Origin: a virus
DNA: 64,000 bases
Reading direction: 5' to 3' (one strand)
IMG/VR virus record: IMGVR_UViG_3300048838_000238
Span: 41,997-105,996 of that record
The notes below the pieces were generated by a model that was given only the letters and a program-made list of their open reading frames with translations, was not told where the DNA came from and ran no database searches. A program made the position numbers and the translations under genes. Of the stretch, positions 10,610 to 20,888 are shown piece by piece (the first letter of the stretch is position 1; every line of letters starts with the position of its first letter).

Positions 10610-10773
10610 CGTTCCGTCCTCGTGGCTTGGTTATATCTGATTGATATAGGTTATTCGCCGCGCGCTGAACAGTATTGGGACCGGCTGGTAAGAAATTGCC
10701 GGGAGAATCTGCAAGTCCCGACGCCTTATCCGGACACGAATGCGGACACCGTGTCCGGATAAGCCTGTCGCAA

Positions 10774-10950
10774 CTACGGCTCCAGAGTTTCCCGGACAAT
10801 ATCCCGCAGTTCGCGGTTGCCTTCCAGTGCTGGCAGCACCTTCCACAGCACGCGACCGTAGAGGGTGATCGTGCCGTACAGCGATGCGATCAGCTCTCTG
10901 GACTCTTCGGGAGACTCAACCGACGGAAGAAAAGGACGTGCATTGCTCAT
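10774..10950 (-). CDS. Hypothetical protein
   Basis: MSNARPFL..., GAGG RBS. Confidence 0.45.
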   Translation of the reverse strand: MSNARPFLPSVESPEESRELIASLYGTITLYGRVLWKVLPALEGNRELRDIVRETLEP

Positions 10951-11222
10951 AATTACACCTCGTTGTGAGGGTTCTGACCCGCCGGACACGTAGCACTATC
11001 AATGCCACGAGTCCTTTATTTTTCGAGGCGGCGGCCGACTGCGCGTCGGTGCTGATAGATTATCGCCGCAACTCTCGTAGCAATCACAAGTTAACGATCA
11101 ACCGAAACTTGCGAACTAGCAGACCAGAAAAGAGCGATCCTAGCGTTTAGTGTACGCTTGTCAACTATCCAAGAATGGAAAGATTTACCGACTGGTTTGA
11201 ATGGCGAGAAACTCCGGAATGC

Positions 11223-11615
11223 CTAGCGGTCGGCCAGCAGCGGCACACTTCCGCGATCATCTGGCGGTACGGAATCGTAGCCGCGTAGCCATTCGGATTC
11301 CTGCTCGGGCGATTCGGGACAACAGAGTATTCGATAGCAGCCTTGTAATGCGGCGAGTTGTCCGCATTCGTATGTCTTGTTGTGCGCGGCAAAGAACTCC
11401 GGCACATTGCACGGCATCCAGGCCAGCACGTCTGTCGGTGGCCATTGCTGGTAGTCGTCCGGCTCGTATCGATGCAGAATCAAGCCGTCCAGGTCAACGA
11501 ACGTTTGCGCGTAGTCGACGTGCGCACTTACGCCATCCCGCTCAATGACTGCGACCCAAATAGAATCTCCATCTCCTGGACGTTCAGACGTTGGCATCCA
11601 TCTCGGTTTCGTCAT
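11223..11615 (-). CDS. DUF551-like phage protein
   Basis: MTKPRWMPTSERP...VLAWMP pattern; start reassigned to the ATG after an AAGGAG RBS. Confidence 0.55.
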   Translation of the reverse strand: MTKPRWMPTSERPGDGDSIWVAVIERDGVSAHVDYAQTFVDLDGLILHRYEPDDYQQWPPTDVLAWMPCNVPEFFAAHNKTYECGQLAALQGCYRILCCPESPEQESEWLRGYDSVPPDDRGSVPLLADR

Positions 11616-11703
11616 CGGTTCGGATCTCCTTGTGCCGCATCTCGCGGCCACGGTTGGTGGTGTCGTTGCCAAGTTCACAGCGAGACGTGGGAAGTGTGCT
11701 GGA

Positions 11704-11967
11704 CTAGGATTGCTGCCACCCTGCCAATCCATCCTCAGCAGCCTCGGTGGCAGCCACAGCCTCAGCGACGATCTCTGGCCAGCGGTCGGATTCCCACCAC
11801 TCACCGTATGGTGTCAGATTGCCATCGCTGTCGTGTGTCAATTCGGTGCCGTGGTCGTAGGTCAGATCCCACGGGCCACAGTCCGCAGTGGGGACGTAGC
11901 CGTGCATGTCCGCTGACAGATTCTCGCCAAATGATCCGAGATTTGATTTGTGGAATGCGTTCATCAT
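11704..11967 (-). CDS. Hypothetical acidic protein
   Basis: 87 aa, GAGGAG RBS. Confidence 0.5.
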   Translation of the reverse strand: MMNAFHKSNLGSFGENLSADMHGYVPTADCGPWDLTYDHGTELTHDSDGNLTPYGEWWESDRWPEIVAEAVAATEAAEDGLAGWQQS

Positions 11968-12034
11968 CCGTGTTTCTCCTCATGTTGAATTTACTCCCCG
12001 CTCACTGCGAGACGGGGGTGGGTGGGTGGGGTAT

Positions 12035-12358
12035 TTAAGGTCCTGGTCCGCCAGTATGCTTTCCTCGCCGAATCGTTTTCTTGCCTCCGCCGCCGAGCGT
12101 AGCCCTCCTCACGCCCTTCGTTTTTGTCGCCTGCCTCGGCGGTGGAATCGGCGACGAGTCAGCCGGTGCGTGAGTGCCGCAGTACGCTCGCCAATCACCG
12201 CTTGACTTGCTGACGTGCGTTACTTTTTTGCGGCAGACTTCGCACGCGGCTTTTAGGCGCGGATATCGACCGTGGCAGTCGAGGCATTCTTTCGCCGACG
12301 TGATACTATCTGCGGCGAGCATGTGAGATCCGCACTCAGGGCAGAGTAGGTGCCGCAT
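12035..12358 (-). CDS. Cys-rich zinc-ribbon protein
   Basis: CPEC, CLDC and CEVC pairs; TAATG coupling with 12358..12576. Confidence 0.5.
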   Translation of the reverse strand: MRHLLCPECGSHMLAADSITSAKECLDCHGRYPRLKAACEVCRKKVTHVSKSSGDWRAYCGTHAPADSSPIPPPRQATKTKGVRRATLGGGGKKTIRRGKHTGGPGP

Positions 12359-12576
12359 TACACCGCCTCCACGTACTCGCCACCGGCAGCCGTCACGCCG
12401 TCCAGGGTATTCGGGCCGAGGTCGCCTTCCTCGATCGCGTCGTATGCCGACTGGACGGAGGCTTGGTCTGACGGGTCGCATACGATCCAGCCGACTGATC
12501 GCGAACCGAATCCGAATTCCCCGACGATCACTTTTCCGGAATCTGTTACTTCGCGTGCTGTCATTTGCTTCGTCAT
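12358..12576 (-). CDS. Hypothetical protein
   Basis: 72 aa, GAGGAG RBS, palindrome at 12629..12647 upstream. Confidence 0.55.
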   Translation of the reverse strand: MTKQMTAREVTDSGKVIVGEFGFGSRSVGWIVCDPSDQASVQSAYDAIEEGDLGPNTLDGVTAAGGEYVEAV

Positions 12577-12832
12577 CGTGTTTCTCCTCGTGTTAGTTGG
12601 TTTCGTTCTCGCCGGGCTTGTGACCGGCCTATATCACCTAGATATCACCGCTTAGTTCTTGAAACTCCAGTCGGCGAGTTGCTTGCGTCTATAGGGTATT
12701 CGCCGCTGATATCAGGATCTTGGTCGGAATTAGCGGTTCTTTCCAGTGACTGAACACTCGTTCATCTACATTCAGACCACCCACTTTTGCTATCATCACG
12801 AAAGATACAGACGAACTCTACGGGAGACGAAC

Positions 12833-13774
12833 ATGAGACACCTTCATTTCCTGATAGTGACCGCGATTGCCGCGTCCGCGTTCGGTCAGGGGCTATCTCC
12901 AACAGACGCATATGTTGAAGCGCACCACCGGCACTACGAGGCGCGGCGTGCAGAACTCATAGAAAAGCTGGCCGAAGCGACCGCCGAATACCAGCCGATT
13001 CGCGATGCCAAAGTTGATCGCCGCGCGGAGTCGCTGGCTGCCTTGACGGTAACTTTCGGAGAAGGTGCCGACGCCGTCCAGTGGTTTGAAGACGAAAATG
13101 ATGCCGTCTACTTTAGAACAGCTCGCGAGAAACGCTCTGTCACCGAAAGGTACGAACGACTCTACATTGATCCACGAAAAAAGGAACTTGCCGACTTGCC
13201 ATTGACGTACACAGACGAGCGTCCGTCGATGCCGTTTTCTGGCTCGCACCCAGGAATCATCCGGTGGAAGCCTTACGTATTCCAGGTAATCGACGACGAC
13301 GAAGTGCTTTTGCGAGTCTTCAAGGACACCATTTTGTACTTCAAAGGCGTAGCGACTGAAGGCATGGTTGACGGCGAGTACATCAACTTAGATGGAGCGT
13401 ATCACAGTACCGGCACAACAACCTACCAGACTGCCTCCGGTGGATCGAAGACTGTCCGTGTGATCGAGCCGTTCGATACGTCCTCGGCTGATGCCATTAT
13501 CTCAGAAAAACACGTTGAATTCTTGGACCGTCTAACCGCCGAGATGAAGAAATTAACCGCCGCAAATAAGAAGGAGACGGCAGACATTCGCGAATCCCTT
13601 ACCCGCGAATTCACCGACATCACCGGCACATTCAAAGTGAAAGCCGAATACGCCGGGTACGCTAGCGGAAACGTCCGTCTCAAAAAAGAGAACGGCGAAA
13701 CCATTAGCGTTCCACTGGCAAAGCTGTCGGATACCGACAGACGGTGGGTCGCTGAACAAACCGCGAGGGATTAA
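12833..13774 (+). CDS. Secreted SHD1-domain protein (moron-like)
   Basis: Signal peptide MRHLHFLIVTAIAASAFGQ; C-terminal REFTDITGTFKVKAEY...VRLKKENGETISVPLAKLSDTDRRWV matches the SHD1 pattern; opposite strand to neighbours. Confidence 0.75.
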   Translation: MRHLHFLIVTAIAASAFGQGLSPTDAYVEAHHRHYEARRAELIEKLAEATAEYQPIRDAKVDRRAESLAALTVTFGEGADAVQWFEDENDAVYFRTAREKRSVTERYERLYIDPRKKELADLPLTYTDERPSMPFSGSHPGIIRWKPYVFQVIDDDEVLLRVFKDTILYFKGVATEGMVDGEYINLDGAYHSTGTTTYQTASGGSKTVRVIEPFDTSSADAIISEKHVEFLDRLTAEMKKLTAANKKETADIRESLTREFTDITGTFKVKAEYAGYASGNVRLKKENGETISVPLAKLSDTDRRWVAEQTARD

Positions 13775-16700
13775 CGCGGGATTCCGGCCTTGCGACTGGC
13801 GGTCACTTGTGTAACTTGCAGGTTTCTCGTTTGCTTATCGGCTGCCAGCATCTTACTGACTTCTGCCAAGATCGCCTGATTATCTCGGTCGGTGTTCACG
13901 TTGAGGGCATTTTGGATCTGACGCAGCACCTCGTCGCGGTCTGTCACGACAGTGACATTGACGTCCGTTTTGGTTGTGACTTTCGCGGAAATCTCTTCTG
14001 CGAGTTTGTCGTGTGCTGGCCGCGACCGGGACTCGTGTTCCTGTACCGTGTTCCGGTTTTGGCTTTCTCTTGCGACAACCTCGTCCTGGAGCTGCCGCTT
14101 ATTGCGGTCAGCGTCATTGGCGCGAGCACGTTCGTCGCCGCCGAGAATATCCTCGACTCGCCCGAAGCCGCCGGCGCGGGCCGACTGGTCGAAGCCTCGC
14201 CGCTGAATGTCTTCTCCCACCCGCAAGCCGCTTGAGCCTAAGATGTTCCGGTCTTCTCGCGACAAGCCGGAAGCGATCGCGTCACGCCGTCTATTCTCCG
14301 CATCCTCCAACTTCTGCTGCTCGTCGCCTGAGATCGGCATACCGGCTTGTTGTTTCGCCTTAATGGCATTGACCTCGCCATCGCGTTTCCGCTTCTCCTG
14401 CGAGGTTTGCGCGACATCGAACTGGACCATGTCCCTGGAGTTCATGGCTTTCGCCATGCGCTCTTTGGCCTTGGCGTGTCTTTCTTCCGCAGCCTTGATC
14501 TTCTCCTTGCGGTCTGGAGACTCTGTACTGGCCGCGCGGACCGCCTCTTGGGCCTCTTTGATACGTTTGGCCGCCGCTTGCCGAGCCGCGAACTGCTCTT
14601 TAGCAGCTTCTGGAGACTGTTTTTTATCAAAGCCGAAGGCGTCTTTCTTCTCCGACTCCTGCTTTTCTAGCAACTTCTTCTGAGCTTCCCGAGCCGCTTC
14701 CAATTCGCCTTGTGCGTCCGTGAACTTATTGCCCTTGCCGGTCTTGAGCGTCTTCAGTGCGTCGCCAGATTCGGCCAATTCCTTTTGTGCTGCGGTGTAC
14801 TCTGTTTTGGCTGCGCCGATCTTGTCGCGATCCGCCTTACTCATCCCGGTTCTGTCGAATTCCAAGCCTTCCTTGCGAACCCGCTCGGCAGCCAAAACAA
14901 GCTTTTTCTGGTCGGATACATCCATCTGCCCGAACTTCTGACGGGCGTTGTCGATGCGGCCGCGCTCCATCTCGGCTATCTGGCCGCGAAGTTCAATCTC
15001 GCGATGCAAGTCCGCGATCGCCGCGCGATTGGCCGCAAGTTTGGCCTTGGTGATCTCGTTCTCGATCGCTAGTCGATCTTTGCCAGCCGCGATGGCCCTA
15101 GCGTGTGCATCCTGAATCTTCTGATCGGCTTCATCTCGCTTCCTGGTCAGTTCGTCCAGGGATTGTTTCTCGTTGTCAGACAGACCTTTTGCACTCTGTT
15201 TTTTCAGCTCCAGATTTCGGATATCCGCGTTGACGTTTCCGCTGCTGTTCAGGTCTTCGGTTTCTTGCTTGCGAATCTTAGCAAGATCGTTTAGTGCGTC
15301 CTGCTGCTTCTTAATCAGAAGCGTTCTTTTCTCCAGCATCTCCGGACTGAGGAAGTCAGCGCCGCTGTCCCGCCTCTGCTTCTCCAATCCCGCAATCTTC
15401 TGGCTTCGCGCCGCGAACTCCGCAGGATTCCGATCATGCTCTAGCGACCGCTTCTCGCCAGCGATCTTGCGATCCAAGGCGGATTGCTTATCCTCCTGAT
15501 CCGCGTTAGCGACGAAGCGTTTAACGTCGTTTTCCTGGAAGCCTAGTTCGTCCCGCTGCTCGGTGCGCTGCCGTTCTAGGTCCATCTCGCGACGGTGCTG
15601 CTCTAGCTCCTTGAGCATCCGCTCTTTGGAATCGGCGCGAGCCTTCTCGGCGCGCTCGACTCTGGCGGACGTCGCTGTCAGGTCAGTGATTGCCTTGCCG
15701 AATCCGTTCAAACCAGGAATGAGCTTTCCAATTGGACTGATCAAGGCATCGATCGCCCCTGCGCGGGCCTCCGAAGACAGTCCAGTCTTGGCAGCCATTT
15801 TGTCGAGCATGGCCATGAACTTGACTTCCCCGGTGGCGATATTGTCTCCCACCGAGCCTTGCTTCATGCCGCCGCCGAAACCGCTACTGCTGATCCCCTT
15901 GGCAAAATCCTTAGTGACGATCCCGGCCAAGACCGAAGATGCCACCGCTGCGATCGCTGCCGCAACAGGAACACCAATAGTCGCGGCCGTCATGCCGCCG
16001 GTCGCCGCCCCGGCGCCAGCGGCACCAGCACCTGCCGCGCCAGTCGTGGCAGCGCCTGCCGCAGTCGCCGTCCCGGCCGCGCCCGCGCCGGTTAACGCGG
16101 ATTTAGCCGCAGTCGCCGCGACGCCCGTCGCCGCGCCCTTGATGGCTGCATTACCGACTCCTCTCGTCGCCTCACCGGAGACAGCAGAACCGGCCGCGCC
16201 AGTCGCAGCCCCTGTAGTGAATCTGCCAGCCGCGATACCTGCCGCACTCGCGGTACCGGATGCCGCCGCGCGACCAGCCGCACTAGCCGCGAACCGAGTA
16301 GCGGCATTACCAGCCGCTCCCGCTGCGCCACCGCCGCCGCGCCCTGCGTTGAGCCGCATGTATGCCGCCGCCGCTGCGTTGGCGGCCACCGCTTCGCGCG
16401 CTAACGCCGCTGTCATTGCCGTCGACTTCGTGCCTCCGATCGCACTAGCGGCACTAGCGGCATCCATCATGCTTCGAAGATTGGTCCAGACTCCAGAGAG
16501 CCTCTGAATCGATTGCATCCCGCCGACAACGACGTCGAACGTCCCTTGCAATTTCGCCAGACCCTTGACGAAATCCTCCATGTTCTCGTCGCCGACCAAG
16601 CCGAGCATCCCGATGCCACGGGCAAGCTGCATTACCGATGCGGTCGATTCAGCGAGCGAGCCCATTAGCGCCCGACGGCTGCTGGTGTACTGATTCTGGA

Positions 16701-18120
16701 TAGCCTGCGCCTTGGCGACGGCTTCGACTTGCGCGGCTGATACGCTCGCTGCCGCTTCCCGTTCTGCGGCTGCCGATTCACGGGCCATCTTCGTCTGATT
16801 TGTATAGAACTGCTTTTTCAGTCCTTCCCGTTTCTTTATGACGACTTCTTGCTCTTTGGCTGAAAGCTGCATGAACTTCGAATCGTCTACCAAGCCGGCG
16901 CGTTGAGCGTTCGCGACTCGCTTCTGCCACTCCAGCTTCCACTCGGCGGTTCGCTTGGCGATGTCCTTTTCTTCGCGTTCTCGTTCGCGAATCCGATCTA
17001 AGATGCCCTGCTCTCTTTGCCGGTTGTCGTAGCGGTCCTCGCCTGCCTCGTCCTGCGCTGCCTGGCTGACGACGGGCCGCGTCGATCGGCCACGAGGTGC
17101 ATTGCGTGACGTCGGCGATTCCGGCTGTCCTGTCGCCGCTGGAGGGCTTCCTGGAAGAGACGCAAGGATTCGCTTCTTGGCGTCGACCATCCGCTTAGTT
17201 TCGGCGATGCCGTGGTCCGCTTGTCCGGACTCGATGGCGCGGATTTTCCGATCGAGTTCAGCGGTCCATACTCCGTAGTCGCGAAGAATCCGCTTAATGC
17301 GATCCGTTTCCGATTCCTTGGTCGCGACCGCCGTGCTGCTCGGCGGAGGGACATTGGTAGGCGCGTCGTTTCTTGCAACGACGTCGACTCGATTTGCGGG
17401 GACGTTCGGCTTGCTCGGGGCCGGCTGAACGATCGGCGATTCCGGCAGAGAACCACGACCCGATTGGCTGCCGTACACTTCTGCCAAGATTCGTTTCTTC
17501 GCGTCGACCATCCGACGTGTTTCGGCGACGGCATGATCAGCCATGCCGGTTTCAATGGCGCGGATCTTCTGGTCGTGTTCGCCATAGGCAGCTTCGTGTT
17601 CGCGCAGTATCCGCTTCACTCTGTCGGTTTCTGCCTCGGGACCGCGTCCGCCGGCCGGCAAGTCCTGGACCTGCGGAACCCGATACTGATCACCCGGCTT
17701 GCTGGCGGCTGGCGTGCCCCGGTTGGCTGCTGTAACACTCGATTGTGGAACGCTGCGCTGCGGAGCATTCGCAAACGCCTTCATTTGATCGGTGGCGGAC
17801 TGAAAGACAGATCGAATCTGCCCCACGACAGCCGCGCCGGTCGCCTCGATGGCACTCTTCGCGCCGTCTCTCGCCGCCCGGAATGCCGACAGTTGTTCGC
17901 GGCCGAAACCGCGATTCAGCAACTCGACTTCCCGCTTGATCTGATCGCTCGCGGACGTTGCGTGACGAGACACATCGCGCATCGAGGACGCGATTGTCTG
18001 CTGCGTGGCAGTGACCTGCTTGCCTAAGTCCGATAAGACTTTAGAGGTTGCCGGATGAGCCTCGACGCCAACCCGAAAAAGAACGTCCGCGCCGCCGCCT
18101 TTTGTTTTTTTCTTAGCCAT
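13771..18120 (-). CDS. Tail tape measure protein
   Basis: 1449 aa, Ala/Gly-rich and coiled-coil, downstream of tail tube and chaperone genes. Confidence 0.75.
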   Translation of the reverse strand: MAKKKTKGGGADVLFRVGVEAHPATSKVLSDLGKQVTATQQTIASSMRDVSRHATSASDQIKREVELLNRGFGREQLSAFRAARDGAKSAIEATGAAVVGQIRSVFQSATDQMKAFANAPQRSVPQSSVTAANRGTPAASKPGDQYRVPQVQDLPAGGRGPEAETDRVKRILREHEAAYGEHDQKIRAIETGMADHAVAETRRMVDAKKRILAEVYGSQSGRGSLPESPIVQPAPSKPNVPANRVDVVARNDAPTNVPPPSSTAVATKESETDRIKRILRDYGVWTAELDRKIRAIESGQADHGIAETKRMVDAKKRILASLPGSPPAATGQPESPTSRNAPRGRSTRPVVSQAAQDEAGEDRYDNRQREQGILDRIREREREEKDIAKRTAEWKLEWQKRVANAQRAGLVDDSKFMQLSAKEQEVVIKKREGLKKQFYTNQTKMARESAAAEREAAASVSAAQVEAVAKAQAIQNQYTSSRRALMGSLAESTASVMQLARGIGMLGLVGDENMEDFVKGLAKLQGTFDVVVGGMQSIQRLSGVWTNLRSMMDAASAASAIGGTKSTAMTAALAREAVAANAAAAAYMRLNAGRGGGGAAGAAGNAATRFAASAAGRAAASGTASAAGIAAGRFTTGAATGAAGSAVSGEATRGVGNAAIKGAATGVAATAAKSALTGAGAAGTATAAGAATTGAAGAGAAGAGAATGGMTAATIGVPVAAAIAAVASSVLAGIVTKDFAKGISSSGFGGGMKQGSVGDNIATGEVKFMAMLDKMAAKTGLSSEARAGAIDALISPIGKLIPGLNGFGKAITDLTATSARVERAEKARADSKERMLKELEQHRREMDLERQRTEQRDELGFQENDVKRFVANADQEDKQSALDRKIAGEKRSLEHDRNPAEFAARSQKIAGLEKQRRDSGADFLSPEMLEKRTLLIKKQQDALNDLAKIRKQETEDLNSSGNVNADIRNLELKKQSAKGLSDNEKQSLDELTRKRDEADQKIQDAHARAIAAGKDRLAIENEITKAKLAANRAAIADLHREIELRGQIAEMERGRIDNARQKFGQMDVSDQKKLVLAAERVRKEGLEFDRTGMSKADRDKIGAAKTEYTAAQKELAESGDALKTLKTGKGNKFTDAQGELEAAREAQKKLLEKQESEKKDAFGFDKKQSPEAAKEQFAARQAAAKRIKEAQEAVRAASTESPDRKEKIKAAEERHAKAKERMAKAMNSRDMVQFDVAQTSQEKRKRDGEVNAIKAKQQAGMPISGDEQQKLEDAENRRRDAIASGLSREDRNILGSSGLRVGEDIQRRGFDQSARAGGFGRVEDILGGDERARANDADRNKRQLQDEVVARESQNRNTVQEHESRSRPAHDKLAEEISAKVTTKTDVNVTVVTDRDEVLRQIQNALNVNTDRDNQAILAEVSKMLAADKQTRNLQVTQVTASRKAGIPR

Positions 18121-18271
18121 TACGTGATTGTATCACGAAGAAAAAAGCCGCCCGCGCCGCTGACTAACCTTACGGGGCCGGTTGCGATGCCGGCGCGGCG
18201 CGGGCTAAGGATCGCATCTATGCGGACCATCCGAGCGAGCGGGCCTTGTCCAGGATGGCGGACTCATCCGC

Positions 18272-18565
18272 CTAATCCCACCGCTGACGCTGTTGTTGCG
18301 CGACATGCTCGCGCTGCAACCGCACCTCGTACCACACCGGCTCCGTGACGTGGTGCCTGTGCTCCTGATGTGTGAGGGTGTTTCCTCCCAACACGTATTC
18401 ACGGTCGCCGTCGACCGCTACCGAACCAATCAACTCGTGTGCGTGCCCAGTCCGCTCGCCTGCGATGCGAATGCCAACGCGGCCTTCCTGGACTTGCGCA
18501 CCGGTCGGCAACTCGCCAACCGGAACCAACAACACGTCACCCTGCCTGATTGCCACTGCATTCAT
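18272..18565 (-). CDS. Conserved small protein (RQGDV...GExTGHxH...YEVRxQRE family), partner of DUF6745
   Basis: RQGDVLL, GERTGHAH, THQEH and YEVRLQRE motifs. Confidence 0.75.
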   Translation of the reverse strand: MNAVAIRQGDVLLVPVGELPTGAQVQEGRVGIRIAGERTGHAHELIGSVAVDGDREYVLGGNTLTHQEHRHHVTEPVWYEVRLQREHVAQQQRQRWD

Positions 18566-18566
18566 C

Positions 18567-19655
18567 TTAGCTCTCTCTTTCTGGACGGTACTCGTCCGGA
18601 TTCATTGAAAATGTCCATGCCACGGCAGCACGGATACGTTGTGATGCCGTCTCGCCAGAACGAAGCGGCATTGCGAATTGGGCTGGCACACCGATGCGGT
18701 GTTGCTGTCCGGTTGACGGGCAGCGGACACAGACTTGAGCCTGCGAGACTCGGGCCGTCGTCCCATCGACAGTACGATTAGTAATGATCGCGCCGTCATC
18801 GCTGGCACAAACCAACACCGGGTTCCATATGCTGATTGCGTCGTCTTCTCCGCGTGGACCGAGCCAGTCTAGTAGTCGCAAGTCATCACTATTAGACTCG
18901 CGATCATGGTCGCCATCGCGGCGAGAAGAGAAGGTGCGGTAGACCGCGATCTGCTCGTACCAAGGTACCGCAGTCCAGTCTCTATTATCCCACAGGGATG
19001 CCTGGTGCTGCGTGCCGAACACGCGGGCCAGCGTGCCGATCGCAGCGCGGCGACCAGCATTGCGAGCGCCTAGTGGTCGATTTGTGTTGTATTCCTCATT
19101 GGCTTGCAACGCAAGATCCGCGAGTGCAACCCGCAGCCCCCAACCGGCCAAGATGCGATTAGCGGTGCGGCGCGCCTCACGTAGCCATCGCTCAGCCAGT
19201 CCAGGTGACTGGAATCGCTGAGCTACGTTTACTGGCGAAACCAAGCAAGCCGGGCTGCCAATTCCCCGCGGACTAATACCGCGAGTGAATACCGCCGACA
19301 GTAAAGGGTACTCCGGCACCGCCCGCAGCCACCCGCAGACGCGGCGGGCATGGGAGTAGACGCGGTCCACCTCACATAGAGTTGACTCGCTCCACCGTGC
19401 AGACCAATGGCATGGCACGCCGCTAATCAGATACCCGTGTCCCCAGTTGCGGGGCAGCTTCTCTTGCATTTCACGCGGCCAGTACATGACCGCGTTCTCT
19501 AGCCATCTCTCAATCACGGCTCGCCGAATGAATGGCGAGCGACTCGGAGACTGGGCGTGATGCCATCGGACATGCCGGCGACCGAATGCACCGGGCGTGC
19601 GAACGGGGCGGTCTACAGATAGATGATCTCGGACTTCGGCGGTAAGTACACACAT
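18567..19655 (-). CDS. DUF6745-like domain protein
   Basis: C-terminal VRCPSTG...IGVP...AAVAWTF...Y.P..ES signature; AAGGAG RBS before MCVLT. Confidence 0.7.
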   Translation of the reverse strand: MCVLTAEVRDHLSVDRPVRTPGAFGRRHVRWHHAQSPSRSPFIRRAVIERWLENAVMYWPREMQEKLPRNWGHGYLISGVPCHWSARWSESTLCEVDRVYSHARRVCGWLRAVPEYPLLSAVFTRGISPRGIGSPACLVSPVNVAQRFQSPGLAERWLREARRTANRILAGWGLRVALADLALQANEEYNTNRPLGARNAGRRAAIGTLARVFGTQHQASLWDNRDWTAVPWYEQIAVYRTFSSRRDGDHDRESNSDDLRLLDWLGPRGEDDAISIWNPVLVCASDDGAIITNRTVDGTTARVSQAQVCVRCPSTGQQHRIGVPAQFAMPLRSGETASQRIRAAVAWTFSMNPDEYRPERES

Positions 19656-20001
19656 CGTTGTCACTCCTTGTGGCTTCGCGGGCCACGGCTGCAACTCCAT
19701 CAGTTGCCGATTTACGCTTGTTTCTTACAGGTAATTCGCCGCAATCCGGCGAATCTTGGGAAGTTTTTTTCACGAAATCAGTGTACTATTCGCGAAACAG
19801 AACCGCCATCGCGCCGTCGGATCACCGCAACAAGAGCAAGAGCCAAAGCAACCAACTTTGGTTATCTTCAGAGACCTTTTTGCCGACGCCGGCAAGATGG
19901 TCCGTTTTAGCGACTTCGTTCACCGGACGTGGCGGCGCTGCGGATGGCGATGAAAACTTGTCCTTTAATGGAGGTCCGTTGTGACCCATGATTAGCTCCA
20001 G

Positions 20002-20400
20002 CTATTCGCGAAAGAGAACAGCCAGCGCCCCGGCTAGTTCGTTCGCGAGTTGCTTAGACCTCTGGCGAGAAAGCAGCGTCTCGCATATTTCAAATCCGCG
20101 ACGGGTCCAAGCATCCCCTGGATCGGCCACGCCGCCGCCCATAGCGCGATGCTCGTAGTAGAGTTGCAGGAGCTGCTCGTTGCGCGCCGAGAGAACGTGA
20201 AGATACTCTCTCTCGGGTGACTCCTTGGGGCACTGAAATCCGCCCCGGCAAGGCGGTGGACCGTACTGGATGACGGGAAGCAACTCGCCGTCGCCTACCA
20301 TGTACGTCTCGCGCTCGCCGGTCTTCATGTTGAAGACGAACTTCTGGCACTCAGAGCAAGGGATATTGGCGATCTGCGGGCTGTTGATCCTGAGCAACAA
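20002..20400 (-). CDS. Tail assembly chaperone, -1 frameshift extension (gpT-like)
   Basis: In the -1 frame relative to the G GGA AAC slippery site at the end of 20409..20870. Confidence 0.65.
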   Translation of the reverse strand: MLLRINSPQIANIPCSECQKFVFNMKTGERETYMVGDGELLPVIQYGPPPCRGGFQCPKESPEREYLHVLSARNEQLLQLYYEHRAMGGGVADPGDAWTRRGFEICETLLSRQRSKQLANELAGALAVLFRE

Positions 20401-20408
20401 CCCGCCGA

Positions 20409-20870
20409 TTAGTTTCCCTCTGCTCCCCGCTGCCGCTCGCCAGATACCGTAGTCCCGGCGATCGCCGCTTCCAGTTCCAAGTCAGCTTCGTCGGTGACTT
20501 GCTTCTGCGTCCATTCGGGATCTGGGTCGGAGATCTGGCTGCCGTAGATCACGATCGCGGCCAGCCGGTCCCAAATATCGAAGAACAGCGTCAAGATAAA
20601 TTCGGCGGTAATCGGCGCTTCGCTGCCGTCTTTCAGTTTGATGTCCCAGGACTTGATCCGAGATGCCAAGGCGCGGGCAAAGAGCAAGTCTTGAGCGGCC
20701 GGCGACTTACCGTGCATTGAACCAAGCAAGGTACTGCGCTCGGTGATCAGCGTCGGCCGATAGCGAAACTTCACCGCTGGGTGCAAGAACGGAGCTTCGG
20801 CGACATAGCCATGCAGACTCCAGCCGTCGTCACCAGGAGGGCTGTAGCACAGAGTATTTGGGCACGACAC
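20409..20870 (-). CDS. Tail assembly chaperone (gpG-like)
   Basis: Between tail tube and tape measure genes; ends GAG GGA AAC TAA. Confidence 0.7.
   Translation of the reverse strand: MSCPNTLCYSPPGDDGWSLHGYVAEAPFLHPAVKFRYRPTLITERSTLLGSMHGKSPAAQDLLFARALASRIKSWDIKLKDGSEAPITAEFILTLFFDIWDRLAAIVIYGSQISDPDPEWTQKQVTDEADLELEAAIAGTTVSGERQRGAEGN
20412..20418 (-). other. Programmed -1 ribosomal frameshift slippery site GGGAAAC
   Basis: X XXY YYZ heptamer directly before the stop; the -1 frame reads KLIGG into 20002..20400. Confidence 0.75.
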
Positions 20871-20888
20871 GGTAGAGTTTCCCTTCAG

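Noticed and set aside
19822-19989. 55-aa ORF with GGAG RBS and a hydrophobic tail
   Set aside because: Plausible but short, with no recognisable motif; not enough support to call
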